This document shows, in pieces, positions 40,290 through 51,241 of a DNA stretch of 64,000 nucleotides. A program made the position numbers and the translations under genes. The stretch spans positions 6,161 to 70,160 of the forward strand of contig JAFQPO010000014.1 in NCBI GenBank assembly GCA_017411715.1, written 5' to 3'. Positions within the stretch are counted from its first letter, which is position 1; each line of letters begins with the position of its first letter. The notes beneath the pieces were generated by a model. It saw nothing but the letters and a program-made list of their open reading frames with translations, ran no database searches and had not been told where the DNA came from. This DNA comes from Bacilli bacterium (lineage in GTDB: Bacteria > Bacillota_I > Bacilli_A > ML615J-28 > CAG-313).

Positions 40290-40536
40290 TAGTAAAACTA
40301 TTAAGTTTTTAAAAATATTAGATAAATTTTATAATACATCAATTGCTGTTTGCAGCGTGAGGTAAGTTGGTGTAGCCTTACAACGGATTTATTTATTCCA
40401 AAACAAAGTGTAAATTCGAAACCCTTTTGATTGCACGGGGATGCATGCGTTTTGGTAACTTATGAGTTTTACTGATAGGTCTTTTATTTTGCAAAAATCT
40501 CCTTATTTTTGTATAATAAATATAGAAAAGAGGGAT
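40290..40536 (+). promoter_or_regulatory. structured-looking leader upstream of pncA-pncB (candidate cis-regulatory RNA)
   Basis: GC-rich islands in an AT-rich context (GCAGCGTGAGGTAAGTTGGTGTAGCCTTACAACGG; GCACGGGGATGCATGCG); long-range complement CCAAAAC/GTTTTGG; TTTTGTATAAT promoter at 40508-40518. Confidence 0.3.
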
Positions 40537-40539
40537 ATT

Positions 40540-41049
40540 ATGAAATTATTAATTGTGGTAGACTATCAAAATGATTTCGTGAACGGAAGCTTAGGCTTTG
40601 CCGGAGCTGAAAAATTAGAAAAGGGTATTATTGAAAAAATAGAAGAATATGATAGAGTAATTTATACATTAGATACACATAAGAGTGACTATTTGGAAAC
40701 ATTAGAAGGTACAAAACTTCCTGTTAAACACTGCATTAAGGGAACAAATGGCCATATGTTATACGGAAAAGTAGCTAACCATCTATCAAAAGCAGAAGCC
40801 ATTTTTGAAAAAGATACTTTTCCATCATTAGAGCTTGCTAACTATTTAAAAAATCACCCGGCTGATATAGTAGAAGTGTGTGGTTTAGTATCAAATATTT
40901 GTGTGTTATCAAATGTCGTAATGATTAAAGCCGCATTACCTAATGCGAAAATAATTGTAAATAAAAATTTGACTGATAGTTTTGACAAAAAATTAAATGC
41001 TGAAACTTTTGATATATTAGAAGGTTTACACATTGAAGTTATGGAGTAG
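40540..41049 (+). CDS. pncA: nicotinamidase / isochorismatase-family hydrolase
   Basis: MKLLIVVDYQNDF...; catalytic Cys context VCGLVSNICV; adjacent to pncB. Confidence 0.7.
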   Translation: MKLLIVVDYQNDFVNGSLGFAGAEKLEKGIIEKIEEYDRVIYTLDTHKSDYLETLEGTKLPVKHCIKGTNGHMLYGKVANHLSKAEAIFEKDTFPSLELANYLKNHPADIVEVCGLVSNICVLSNVVMIKAALPNAKIIVNKNLTDSFDKKLNAETFDILEGLHIEVME

Positions 41050-41052
41050 ATT

Positions 41053-42489
41053 ATGATTAAAGATAAGAATAATTATACATTGTTAACTGACTTCTACGAA
41101 TTAACAATGGCTAATGGATATTATGAACTTGGTAAAAAAGATGAAATTGTATATTTTGATATGTTTTATCGTAAAAATCCTAATAATGCGGGGTTTTCAA
41201 TCTTCTGTGGATTAGAACAATTAATTGAATATATTAAGACTTTACATTTTTCAACTGAAGATATTGAATATTTAAGAAGCTTAAATACTTTTAGCGATGG
41301 ATTTTTAGAATATCTTAAAACATTTAAGTTTAGTGGTGATATTTATTCAGTAGAAGAAGGGAACTTTGTGTTTCCTAATGAACCATTAGTTGTTGTTCGT
41401 GCCAATATAATTGAAGCACAAATTATTGAAACTTTTTTATTGCAAACTATTAATCATCAATCTTTAATAGCTACTAAAACGGAACGTATTGTTAGATCGG
41501 CTAAAGGACGTCCAGTTATGGAATTTGGGGCACGTCGTGCTCAAGGTGCAACAGCTTCAATTTTAGGTCCTCGTGCTGCTTACATTGCTGGAGCGGCAGG
41601 TACTTCATGTGTATTATCGGATCAATTATATAATGTTAAAGCTCTTGGAACAATGGCTCATTCATGGATTCAAGCATTCCCAACTGAATATGAAGCATTC
41701 CAATCTTATGTTCGATTATATCCGGATAATGTTGTTTTACTTGTTGATACATATAATGTATTAAATAGTGGTGTTCCTAATGCGATAAAAGTTATTAAAG
41801 AAGAACTGTTGCCTAGAGGAATTAGAAAAGCAGGCATTAGAATTGATTCTGGTGATATTGCTTATCTTTCAAAAAAAGCTAGAAAAATGCTTGATGCAGC
41901 CGGATTAGATTTTGTGACTATTTGTGCATCTAATAGTTTAGATGAATATTTAATTGCTGATTTAATTAGACAAAATGCTAATGTTGATTCATTTGGGGTT
42001 GGTGAGAGATTAATCACTTCTAAAGATCATCCAGTATTTGGTGGCGTATATAAACTTGCGGGGATTGAAAAAGATGGTCAAATCATTCCAAAGATGAAGA
42101 TTAGTGAAAATGAAGGTAAAATTACTAATCCTTCATTTAAAAAAGTTTATCGTATTTTTTCTAAGGAAAATGATATGGCACTTGCGGATGTATTGACGTT
42201 GCATGATGAAGTGATTCCAGAAAATGAATATGAAATCTTTGATCCTCGTGATACTTGGAAACGCAAAACTCTTACTGATTACTATGTTGAAGAATTATTG
42301 GTACCTATTTTTAAAAATGGTGAACTAGTATATAATGTTCCTTCAATTGAAGAAGTACGAAAAAGATGTCAATTTGAAATGACAAGACTTTGGGAAGAGG
42401 TTAAGAGATTTGATAATCCTCATGGGTACTATGTTGATTTATCTCAAAAATTGTGGGATTTAAAACATCAAATTTTAACTAAAAAGTAA
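41053..42489 (+). CDS. pncB: nicotinate phosphoribosyltransferase
   Basis: 478 aa; family-conserved YELTMANGYY and GTMAHSWIQAF motifs. Confidence 0.85.
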   Translation: MIKDKNNYTLLTDFYELTMANGYYELGKKDEIVYFDMFYRKNPNNAGFSIFCGLEQLIEYIKTLHFSTEDIEYLRSLNTFSDGFLEYLKTFKFSGDIYSVEEGNFVFPNEPLVVVRANIIEAQIIETFLLQTINHQSLIATKTERIVRSAKGRPVMEFGARRAQGATASILGPRAAYIAGAAGTSCVLSDQLYNVKALGTMAHSWIQAFPTEYEAFQSYVRLYPDNVVLLVDTYNVLNSGVPNAIKVIKEELLPRGIRKAGIRIDSGDIAYLSKKARKMLDAAGLDFVTICASNSLDEYLIADLIRQNANVDSFGVGERLITSKDHPVFGGVYKLAGIEKDGQIIPKMKISENEGKITNPSFKKVYRIFSKENDMALADVLTLHDEVIPENEYEIFDPRDTWKRKTLTDYYVEELLVPIFKNGELVYNVPSIEEVRKRCQFEMTRLWEEVKRFDNPHGYYVDLSQKLWDLKHQILTKK

Positions 42490-42512
42490 AAAAGGCTCTA
42501 ATTAGAGCCTTT

Positions 42513-43499
42513 TTATAATATATTTAGATTTTCTTTTTCGAAAAGTTTGTGTGCTTCATCATCCCAATATGAAGCTTGTACTTCTCCAATATGCTTTTTC
42601 TCTAATAAAAACATGCAAAGACGAGATTGTCCAATGCCTCCGCCGATGCTAAGTGGTAAAGTATTGTCAACAATATTTTGTGAATATTGATATTTTAATT
42701 TAAAATTCTCATTTTTATGTTTTAATTGTTTTAAAAGAGAATCTTTGTTTACTCTAATCCCCATAGAAGAAAGTTCGAGTGCTTTTTGTAAAGGTTCATG
42801 CCAAACAAGGACATCACCATTTAAGTGCCAATCATCATAGTCTGCTGCTCTAGATCCATGAGGTAATCCATTAGAAAGAGGCCATCCAATTTGATAAACG
42901 AAGACAGCTTTATGAAGTTTTGTTATTTCATTTTCTCTTTCAACAGGTGGTAAATTAGGATAAAGTTTTAATAATTCTTCACTTGATATTAGGAAAATTT
43001 TACTTGGTAAATATGCATTACAAATTGGATATTTTTCTTTTAAAATAGTGTTTGTTTCTTTTAAAACTTCATAGATTTTATTAACTTCAGCAAACAGATA
43101 TTTTAAAGTTCTTTCATCTTCTGAAATATGCTTTTCCCAGTCCCACTGGTCAACATATAACGAATGCGTATAGTCTAAATCTTCATCACATCGTATTGCG
43201 TTCATATCAGTATAAATTCCACTATCATACAAAATATCATATCTTTTTAAAGCTACTCTTTTCCACTTTGCTAGAGACTGAACTATTTCAAGTTTTTCAT
43301 CACTGTTTTTAGATGTGAAAGTTACTATTCTTTCAACCCCTGAAAGATGATCGTTTAGCCCAGATGTTTCTGATACAATTAATGGTGCAGATACTCTTAA
43401 TAAGTTTAGTTTTTTGTATAGTTTAGTTTCAAAAGTATCTTTTATTAGTTTTATTGCGATCTCTGTATCAATAAGATTTAACTTTGATTGATAATGCAT
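42513..43499 (-). CDS. asnA: aspartate--ammonia ligase (asparagine synthetase A)
   Basis: Colinear similarity to AsnA (SLAKWKR, VDQWDWE, GGGIGQSRL). Confidence 0.9.
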   Translation of the reverse strand: MHYQSKLNLIDTEIAIKLIKDTFETKLYKKLNLLRVSAPLIVSETSGLNDHLSGVERIVTFTSKNSDEKLEIVQSLAKWKRVALKRYDILYDSGIYTDMNAIRCDEDLDYTHSLYVDQWDWEKHISEDERTLKYLFAEVNKIYEVLKETNTILKEKYPICNAYLPSKIFLISSEELLKLYPNLPPVERENEITKLHKAVFVYQIGWPLSNGLPHGSRAADYDDWHLNGDVLVWHEPLQKALELSSMGIRVNKDSLLKQLKHKNENFKLKYQYSQNIVDNTLPLSIGGGIGQSRLCMFLLEKKHIGEVQASYWDDEAHKLFEKENLNIL

Positions 43500-43602
43500 A
43501 ATATCACCTCGTTTAAATATTATAACATATTCTAATAATTTTTGTTAATAAAAGAGTATAAATCTATCATTAAATTTAATTTTTGTGGTATAATTACTAA
43601 AA

Positions 43603-44127
43603 ATGGAGGAAACTATGGATAAAATTTGTATTATATTAAAAGATGGACGTAAAATTAATTTAGAATTATATCACGATGTAGCGCCTAAAACAGTTGAAAA
43701 CTTTTTAAAACTTGTAGATGCTAATTTTTTTGAAGGAACTTGTTTTCACCGTGTTATTAAGGATTTCATGATTCAAACAGGTGGTTACTTTATTAAAGAT
43801 GGTATGCTTTCAGAAAAAGAAGATGTTCAACCAATTGTAGGTGAATTTACTGAAAATGGATTTGAAAATAATCTTTCTCACCAATTCGGTGTTATTTCAA
43901 TGGCAAGAACTAATGATCCAAATAGCGCATCAAGTCAATTTTTCATTTGTTCTGCAGACGCATCTTTCTTAGATGGCAAATATGCGGCTTTTGGTAAAAC
44001 AATCGATGAAGAAAGTAATAAAGTTGTACTAGATATCAGTTGTGTTCAAACAGGAGCATTAAACTACATGTTTAGAGATTTTCCTTATGAGCCAATTGAA
44101 ATAGAGAAAATTATTCGTATAAAATAA
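43603..44127 (+). CDS. ppiB: peptidyl-prolyl cis-trans isomerase, cyclophilin type
   Basis: FHRVIKDFMIQTGG and ISMARTNDPNSASSQFFIC motifs. Confidence 0.85.
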   Translation: MEETMDKICIILKDGRKINLELYHDVAPKTVENFLKLVDANFFEGTCFHRVIKDFMIQTGGYFIKDGMLSEKEDVQPIVGEFTENGFENNLSHQFGVISMARTNDPNSASSQFFICSADASFLDGKYAAFGKTIDEESNKVVLDISCVQTGALNYMFRDFPYEPIEIEKIIRIK

Positions 44128-44130
44128 AAA

Positions 44131-44205
44131 TGGTATGCACGGAGAGAATCGAACTCCCATCAACAGGATCGGAACCTGTTGCCTTATCCATTAGGCCACG
44201 TGCAC
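44131..44205 (-). tRNA. tRNA-Arg (anticodon CCG)
   Basis: Reverse complement GTGCACGTGGCCTAATGGATAAGGCAACAGGTTCCGATCCTGTTGATGGGAGTTCGATTCTCTCCGTGCATACCA folds as a cloverleaf. Confidence 0.8.
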
Positions 44206-44396
44206 GTTTAAAAAATTATAACATAAGAATTATCATTTTTCAAATAATAAGTTATTTTGTAGAGCCTTTTTAGAACCTTTCTGTTGAAAAAACAGTAGGT
44301 TTCGAAAGGCTCTTTTTAACTTTATACAACTTATCTCATTATTGTTGCAAAAAAATGTTTGTTATGGTATAATAAGTAATAATTGAGGTTATAATT

Positions 44397-45044
44397 ATGA
44401 GTATAAAAGAGCAAATTCAAAAAATTAAAAATGATTTATCTAATTATCCTAATGTTAATGTTGTAGCTGCAACAAAGTATGTTGGGATAGATAAAACACA
44501 AGAAATTATCAATGAAGGTATTTTTCATATTGGTGAAAATAGAGTAGATACTTTCTTGGAAAAATATGAAGCTATTACTGATGAGAGAGTTGTATGGCAT
44601 TTTCTTGGTGTATTACAAACAAGAAAAGTTCGCTCTATAATTGATAAAATTGATTATTTACATTCTCTTGATAGTATTTCTTTAGCTACTGAAATAAATA
44701 AAAGACGTAAGACTCCACTAAAGTGTTTTGTGCAAGTTAATATATCATCTGAAACTAATAAATCTGGGCTTGACGAAACAAAAGTAATCCCATTTGTTAA
44801 AAGTTTAGCTAAATATGAAAACATTGAAGTAGTTGGATTAATGTGCATTGCTAAATTAACTTTTGATGATGATTTATTAAATAGTTATTTTGAAAGAATG
44901 AAATACTTACAAGAAGAAGTTAAAAGTTTAAAACTTCCAAATGCCCCATGTAATGATTTATCAATGGGGATGAGTAATGATTATAAGATTGCTCTTCAAA
45001 ATGGTGCTACTTTTATACGATTAGGTAGAATATTATTAAAATAG
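44397..45044 (+). CDS. yggS: YggS/YlmE-family PLP-binding protein
   Basis: VVAATKY...GENRVD and the family pattern. Confidence 0.85.
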   Translation: MSIKEQIQKIKNDLSNYPNVNVVAATKYVGIDKTQEIINEGIFHIGENRVDTFLEKYEAITDERVVWHFLGVLQTRKVRSIIDKIDYLHSLDSISLATEINKRRKTPLKCFVQVNISSETNKSGLDETKVIPFVKSLAKYENIEVVGLMCIAKLTFDDDLLNSYFERMKYLQEEVKSLKLPNAPCNDLSMGMSNDYKIALQNGATFIRLGRILLK

Positions 45045-45053
45045 GAGTATAAT

Positions 45054-45383
45054 ATGTTTTTTGGAAAAAATAATAAAAAGAAAAATCCTGAATACTTATT
45101 AACTGCTTTTGAAAGATTACACAATGTAATTATTAATAGTAAAGATGAAATGTTGAATCTTGCTGATATAATTATGGATAATAGAGCAATTCTTGCTAAT
45201 TTTGAAAAACTTAGTATTGAAGATGCTAATTATATGTTAACTTTCTTATCAGGTGTTGTGTATGCACTTGAAGGTGAAGTTCATAAAACTGGTACTAAGA
45301 CTTTCTTATTCGGCAGCAAAGTAGCATATGAAGATGGTACTCTTGGCCAATTTATAATAGAGCGTCATGCAACAAACGAATAA
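45054..45383 (+). CDS. sepF: cell-division protein SepF-like
   Basis: FLSGVVYALEGEVHKTGTKTFLF resembles the SepF C-terminal core; synteny ylmE-sepF-ylmH-ileS. Confidence 0.55.
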   Translation: MFFGKNNKKKNPEYLLTAFERLHNVIINSKDEMLNLADIIMDNRAILANFEKLSIEDANYMLTFLSGVVYALEGEVHKTGTKTFLFGSKVAYEDGTLGQFIIERHATNE

Positions 45384-46107
45384 GAAAATAGAATATCTTG
45401 AAAAAGCCCTTCTAGAACTAGATGACTATATTTTGACACTGTTTTTAGATGAATCAGAAATAGGTATTGTTTCAAAAATGGTTAAAAAGCCTTTTTATGT
45501 CAAGTTTGATGGTGGCTTTGATAATTATGAACGCGCAAGAGCTTTAATAAGTTATGATGATGATTATGATATAGATATGGATGTTGTGATTTGTGAAATA
45601 GAATATGACAAAAGATATCTAAATATTAATCATCGCAATATTTTAGGAACTATAATGTCTCTAGGAATTAAAAGAGAAATGCTTGGAGATATTTTTGTTG
45701 ATAATAATAGTAAACGTGCATTTTTTGTGACAACTTTAAAAATGGCTGAATATTTAAAACAATCTTTATGTGAAATTAATCACCAAAAAGTTGAAGTATC
45801 TATTGTCAACAAAGATGATATTAGTGATTGTATTTCTCAAGATGGTGAATTAGACAAGATAATTGTTAGTAGCCGTAGATTAGATAATGTCATAGCTAGT
45901 TGTTTGAAAATATCAAGAAACGATGCATGTGATAAAATTAAAGGCCAATTAATTATGATTAATCATGTGATATGCGAAAGTGTACACTATCAATGTAAAG
46001 ATAATGATTTAATTAGCATTCGTAAATATGGTCGAATTAAAATTATCGAATGCTTACACGAAACTAAAAAAGATCGCCTCGTTTTACAAATTAAACGTTG
46101 GCATTAG
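45367..46107 (+). CDS. YlmH-like S4-domain RNA-binding protein
   Basis: C-terminal S4 motif ([25 protein letters not shown]). Confidence 0.65.
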   Translation: MQQTNKKIEYLEKALLELDDYILTLFLDESEIGIVSKMVKKPFYVKFDGGFDNYERARALISYDDDYDIDMDVVICEIEYDKRYLNINHRNILGTIMSLGIKREMLGDIFVDNNSKRAFFVTTLKMAEYLKQSLCEINHQKVEVSIVNKDDISDCISQDGELDKIIVSSRRLDNVIASCLKISRNDACDKIKGQLIMINHVICESVHYQCKDNDLISIRKYGRIKIIECLHETKKDRLVLQIKRWH

Positions 46108-46120
46108 GAAGGAAATATTT

Positions 46121-48853
46121 ATGAAAGATTATAAAGACACACTTTTGATGATGAAAACAGATTTCCCAATGCGTGGTAATTTAGGAGTTAATGAACTAAA
46201 TATTCAAAAATTGTGGGAAGATGAATCTATATATGAAGCAGTATTAGAAAAAAATAAAGATAAACAAGTATTTTTCTTACATGATGGACCTCCATATGCT
46301 AACGGTAGTATTCATGTAGGACATGCTCTTAATAAAATTTTAAAAGATTTCTTAATTCGCTATAAATCAATGAATGGTTTTTATGCTCCATATCAACCAG
46401 GATGGGATACACACGGATTACCAATTGAAAATGCTTTAACTAAAAATAAAAAAGTTAATCGTAAGGAAATGAGTGTTGCGGATTTCCGTCGCTTGTGTGA
46501 AAAGTACGCTCTTGAACAAGTAGAAATTCAAAAGAAAGGTTTTCGTCGCCTTGGTGTTTTAGGTGATTGGGATCATCCTTATATTACTTTAAATAAAGAA
46601 TATGAAGCTATTCAAATTAGATCATTTAATGAAATGGTTAAAAAAGGACTAATCTTCAAAGGATTAAAACCTGTTTATTGGTCTCCATCTTCTGAAACTG
46701 CATTGGCTGAGGCAGAAGTTGAATATCATGATGTAAAAAGTCATGCTATCTTTGTTGCTTTCAAAGTAGTTGATGGTAAAAACATTCTTTCAAATGATTG
46801 TGAACTAGTAATTTGGACTACTACTCCATGGACAATTCCTGCTAACCTTGCAATTTGTGCAGGTCCTAAACTAGTTTATGTAGTTGCGGAAGCGAATGGT
46901 AGATATTTTGTAGTTGCAAAAGAATTATTAGAATCATTTGTTAAATCTGTAGGTTTAGAAAATGTAACAGTGTTAAAAGAAGTAATGGGTGATGAATTAG
47001 AAGGTATTACTTATAAACATCCATTATATGAACGTATTTCGCCAGTTATTTTAGGCGATCACGTTACTTTAGATGCTGGTACAGGTTTAGTTCATACTGC
47101 TCCTGGTCATGGTGAAGATGACTTTGTGGTAGGTAAAAAATATGGTTTAGATGTATTATGCCCTGTTGATAGCAAGGGTTATATGACTAAAGAAGCTGGC
47201 GAATTTGAAGGATTATTCTATGAAGCATGTAATGATCAAGTTATCGCAAGATTAACTGAATTAAATTCTTTATTACGCGATGATCCAATTGTTCATAGCT
47301 ATCCTCATGACTGGCGTACTAAAAAACCAATTATCTTTAGAGCTACACCTCAATGGTTTGCTTCTATTGAAGGATTCAAAGAAGATATTTTAAAAGCTAT
47401 TAAAACAGTAAATTGGGTTCCTGCATGGGGAGAAGTACGTATTTCAAACATGATTAAAGATCGTCAAGATTGGTGTATTTCTCGTCAAAGAGTATGGGGT
47501 GTTCCAATTCCAGTATTCTATGCGGAAGATGAAACTCCAATTTTAGATTATGATGTAATCAATCATGTTGCTGATTTATTCGAAAAACATGGCTCTACTA
47601 TTTGGTATGAATGGGATGCATTAGACTTATTACCAGAAGGATATACATCTGTTCATAGTCCAAATGGCAAATTTACTAAAGAAACTGATATTATGGACGT
47701 TTGGTTTGATTCTGGAACAAGTCACCATGCTGCAATGAAAGCAACATATGGATTCTATCCTGCTGATGTATATTTAGAAGGTGCTGACCAATATCGTGGA
47801 TGGTTTAACTCTAGTATTTCAACAGGGGTTGCAATTACAGGCGAATCTCCATATAAAACTGTAATTACTCATGGATTTACACTTGATGGTGAAGGTCGCA
47901 AAATGAGTAAATCTTTAGGAAATGTTATTGACCCACTTAATATTTGTAAAGAATCTGGTGCTGATATCTTAAGACTTTGGGCTTCAAGTATTGCATATCA
48001 ATCAGATATCCGTATTTCAAAAGAAATTCTAACTCAAATTAGTGAATCATATCGTAAAATTCGTAATACTTTCAGATTTATGTTAGGTAATTTATTTGAT
48101 TATAATAATGAAACTAATCGTATTAACTATCAAGATCTAAGTGAAGTAGATCAATATATGATGTGCAGACTAAATCAAATTATCGAAAAAGTTCATAATG
48201 CTTATTCTAATTATCAATTTGATGAAGTATATCGTACAATTCTAACATTTATGACAAATGATTTATCTTCATTCTATTTAGATTTCACTAAAGATATTTT
48301 ATATATCGCAAAAGCAAATGATGTAAGTCGTCGTTCTATTCAAACTGTTATCTATGACGTATTAATGGCTCTTGTAACGATGATTACACCAATTATTCCT
48401 CATACTGCAGAAGAAGTATATCAACATTTACCACATCATTTAGAAAAATCAGTATACTTATGTGATATGCCACAAGCAACTATTTATCCAAATGCGGCTG
48501 CTTTACTTGAAAAATATGTTGGATTCATGAGCTTAAGAGATGATGTATTAAAAGCATTAGAAACTGCTCGTAATGAAAAAGTTATTGGTAAGAGTATGGT
48601 AGCAAATGTTGAAATGGTTCCAACTGATGCAGTTAAGAAATTAATGGGAACATTAAATGTTAATTTTGCACAAGTATTTATTGTTTCTAACTTCAAAGTT
48701 GTTGATGCTTTAGAAGATGGACAAGAATATCAATCTGGTAAAATTAAAGTAAGTTTAGCTACAGGTGTTACATGTAGTAGATGTTGGCAAGTTGTTGATC
48801 ATATTGATGAAGATGAATTATGTGATCGTTGCCACAAAATTGTTAAAGAATAA
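46121..48853 (+). CDS. ileS: isoleucine--tRNA ligase
   Basis: HIGH ([12 protein letters not shown]) and KMSKS motifs; C-terminal Zn finger CSRCWQ..CDRCHK; start chosen at the ATG with GGAAGGA RBS rather than the upstream in-frame ORF start. Confidence 0.9.
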   Translation: MKDYKDTLLMMKTDFPMRGNLGVNELNIQKLWEDESIYEAVLEKNKDKQVFFLHDGPPYANGSIHVGHALNKILKDFLIRYKSMNGFYAPYQPGWDTHGLPIENALTKNKKVNRKEMSVADFRRLCEKYALEQVEIQKKGFRRLGVLGDWDHPYITLNKEYEAIQIRSFNEMVKKGLIFKGLKPVYWSPSSETALAEAEVEYHDVKSHAIFVAFKVVDGKNILSNDCELVIWTTTPWTIPANLAICAGPKLVYVVAEANGRYFVVAKELLESFVKSVGLENVTVLKEVMGDELEGITYKHPLYERISPVILGDHVTLDAGTGLVHTAPGHGEDDFVVGKKYGLDVLCPVDSKGYMTKEAGEFEGLFYEACNDQVIARLTELNSLLRDDPIVHSYPHDWRTKKPIIFRATPQWFASIEGFKEDILKAIKTVNWVPAWGEVRISNMIKDRQDWCISRQRVWGVPIPVFYAEDETPILDYDVINHVADLFEKHGSTIWYEWDALDLLPEGYTSVHSPNGKFTKETDIMDVWFDSGTSHHAAMKATYGFYPADVYLEGADQYRGWFNSSISTGVAITGESPYKTVITHGFTLDGEGRKMSKSLGNVIDPLNICKESGADILRLWASSIAYQSDIRISKEILTQISESYRKIRNTFRFMLGNLFDYNNETNRINYQDLSEVDQYMMCRLNQIIEKVHNAYSNYQFDEVYRTILTFMTNDLSSFYLDFTKDILYIAKANDVSRRSIQTVIYDVLMALVTMITPIIPHTAEEVYQHLPHHLEKSVYLCDMPQATIYPNAAALLEKYVGFMSLRDDVLKALETARNEKVIGKSMVANVEMVPTDAVKKLMGTLNVNFAQVFIVSNFKVVDALEDGQEYQSGKIKVSLATGVTCSRCWQVVDHIDEDELCDRCHKIVKE

Positions 48854-48879
48854 TAAAAATATTTAAAAAGGAGAAAAAT

Positions 48880-49752
48880 ATGGCTAGTATCATTCACTTT
48901 TTTCGCAATCGTAGCCTTGATCGATTTGATTATGAACAATTAATTAACCATTTTACAGAATTAGAAAATTGTGAAATTAGATTTGATGATGAAGTCTATG
49001 AAATGGAATGTATTGATCCGAACTTTGATTTTCATTATCGATTTATGATTACGAAGCGTTCTCGTGTAAATAGTATTTATAATTTAAATCCTAACTATTA
49101 TAATATTAAATTATTAGTTGAAATACCTACCTTACTTCCGGAAGTTGTTTCACGCGGTATTTTAATTAAAGTTATGGAATTATGCCAAATGTTTGAACTA
49201 GAAGTATATTATAATAATAAAGGTAATGGTGTTAAAGATATTAGCCCATTTAATATGGCTAGTTTAATGATGTTCTTAGCTAAAGAACGTGAATTATATT
49301 TAGAAGCACATCCTGAGGAAAAAGTATATTATTATAATCGTAATAAGCTTGTTGAAATGTGTAATTATCAACAAATGATTCCTTTACTTGTTTCTAAAAT
49401 TAATGCTGAAACTTTAGCCAATCCATATATTATTATGATTGATAATGAAACTAATGAAGTAAAAACTAGTGTATTATGGGAATGTGGAACACCAATGTTC
49501 TTTCCACCTCATTTAGATTATGTACATGTTCAAGAAGAAGATTTCATGACAATTGCGCCTGCTAGTTTGTTTATGAAATATAATGAACGTCACATGTATG
49601 AACCTAGAAACTTTATTGATAATGTTAGAGTATTGCTTTTAGCACAACGTGGAGCTAAGAAAGTTAAGAAAAATATGCGTAAATTACGTAAGGAAAATGT
49701 TCCTGGTTGTAGATTTACTGAAATAAGAATAATTGATTTAATCGAAAAATAG
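48880..49752 (+). CDS. hypothetical protein
   Basis: ORF with GGAGAAAA RBS. Confidence 0.4.
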   Translation: MASIIHFFRNRSLDRFDYEQLINHFTELENCEIRFDDEVYEMECIDPNFDFHYRFMITKRSRVNSIYNLNPNYYNIKLLVEIPTLLPEVVSRGILIKVMELCQMFELEVYYNNKGNGVKDISPFNMASLMMFLAKERELYLEAHPEEKVYYYNRNKLVEMCNYQQMIPLLVSKINAETLANPYIIMIDNETNEVKTSVLWECGTPMFFPPHLDYVHVQEEDFMTIAPASLFMKYNERHMYEPRNFIDNVRVLLLAQRGAKKVKKNMRKLRKENVPGCRFTEIRIIDLIEK

Positions 49753-49760
49753 GAGATCTC

Positions 49761-50426
49761 ATGGAAAACTTAAATAAATATATTGATCATACTGCTTTAA
49801 AAGCAACTACAACAGAAGAAGAAATTAAGAAATTATGTTCAGAAGCAAAAGAATATAACTTTAAAAGTGTATGTGTAAATCCTGCTTATGTTGCACTTGC
49901 ATCTAGTGAATTATCTGGTAGCGATGTATTAGTTTGTACTGTTATTGGGTTTCCTCTAGGGGCTAATACTTTAGAAATTAAAACTTTAGAAACATTAGAT
50001 GCTGTTAAAAATGGTGCTGATGAAATTGATATGGTTATCAATGTAGGAAAAGCAAAAGAACATAATTATAAATATATCGAAGAAGAAATTAAAGCTGTAG
50101 TTGGTGCTGCAGGTGGTAGATGCGTTAAAGTAATTTTAGAAACTTGCTATTTATCTGAAGATGAAAAAGTGGCATGCTGCATGGCTAGTAAAAATGCTGG
50201 CGCAACATTTGTTAAAACTTCAACAGGATTTGGTTCAGGTGGTGCATTAGTAAGTGATATTATTACAATGCGTAATACTGTTGGACCTGTTATGGGTGTT
50301 AAAGCAAGTGGTGGTATTAGAACTCTTGCTGACGCTGAAGCTATGGTTAAAGCTGGTGCTACTCGTATTGGTGCTAGTGCTGGATGCGCTATTATGAAAG
50401 AATGGGAGGAAAAATATAATGCTTAA
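49761..50426 (+). CDS. deoC: deoxyribose-phosphate aldolase
   Basis: Colinear with DeoC/Dra ([33 protein letters not shown]). Confidence 0.9.
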   Translation: MENLNKYIDHTALKATTTEEEIKKLCSEAKEYNFKSVCVNPAYVALASSELSGSDVLVCTVIGFPLGANTLEIKTLETLDAVKNGADEIDMVINVGKAKEHNYKYIEEEIKAVVGAAGGRCVKVILETCYLSEDEKVACCMASKNAGATFVKTSTGFGSGGALVSDIITMRNTVGPVMGVKASGGIRTLADAEAMVKAGATRIGASAGCAIMKEWEEKYNA

Positions 50427-51147
50427 TCCTACTCCACATATTGAAGTTAAAGAAGAAGGTTTAATCGCAAAAACGGTTTTAATGCCTGGTGATCCTCTAC
50501 GTGCTAAATACATTGCGGAAACTTTTTTAGAAAATCCTGTTCAATTCAACGGTGTTCGCGGGATGTTAGGTTATACAGGAACTTATAAAGGAGAAAAAGT
50601 TTCTGTTATGGGTAGTGGTATGGGTATGCCTAGTATTGGAATTTACTCATATGAATTATTCTCTAACTATGGTGTTGAAAATATAATTCGTATTGGTTCA
50701 TGTGGTGCTTATACTGATCAATTAAATTTATATGATGTAATTTTAGTTGAACATGCATATAGTGAATCTAGTTTTGCACTTGCTCAAAGTGGCGAATTAA
50801 ATGATATTTTACCTGCTTCAACATACATTAATGATGTTGTAAAAGAAGTTGCTGGTGAATTAAATATTCCTTTAAATATTGGTACAATCCATTCATCAGA
50901 TGTATTCTATCGTCAACATGGTTCTGTTCATGAATACTTATTTGAAGAAAAAGGATGTATCGCTGTAGAAATGGAATCATTTGCTTTGTTCCATAATGCT
51001 AGAGTTTTAGGTAAAAATGCTGGATGTATTTTAACTGTTTCTGACTCATTGGTTACTCATGAAGCAACAACATCTCATGAAAGACAAGTTGCTTTTGAAC
51101 AAATGATGCGTATTGCATTAGAAACTGCTCTAAAACTTAACAAGTAA
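50419..51147 (+). CDS. deoD: purine nucleoside phosphorylase, DeoD type
   Basis: [18 protein letters not shown] and [11 protein letters not shown] signatures. Confidence 0.9.
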   Translation: MLNPTPHIEVKEEGLIAKTVLMPGDPLRAKYIAETFLENPVQFNGVRGMLGYTGTYKGEKVSVMGSGMGMPSIGIYSYELFSNYGVENIIRIGSCGAYTDQLNLYDVILVEHAYSESSFALAQSGELNDILPASTYINDVVKEVAGELNIPLNIGTIHSSDVFYRQHGSVHEYLFEEKGCIAVEMESFALFHNARVLGKNAGCILTVSDSLVTHEATTSHERQVAFEQMMRIALETALKLNK

Positions 51148-51195
51148 ATAGATTAGGTTTGAAACAACAAATTTTGTTTTCAAACCTTTTTAAAT
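51148..51195 (+). terminator. rho-independent terminator
   Basis: GGTTTGAAAACAAAATTTGTTTTCAAACC plus a T-run. Confidence 0.6.
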
Positions 51196-51241
51196 AATGT
51201 ATTAAGAATTTTTATTAGTAAATAATAATAGGGGTGATAAA

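Noticed and set aside
44258-44318. Large imperfect hairpin (AGAGCCTTT...AAAGGCTCT) between tRNA-Arg and yggS
   Set aside because: This is probably just a terminator or spacer. It is not repeated elsewhere in the window and there is no coding or RNA-family signal.
46028-46120. Upstream in-frame extension of ileS (ORF-track start 46028)
   Set aside because: It overlaps the 3' end of ylmH. A good RBS and ATG at 46121 give a canonical 910-aa IleS.
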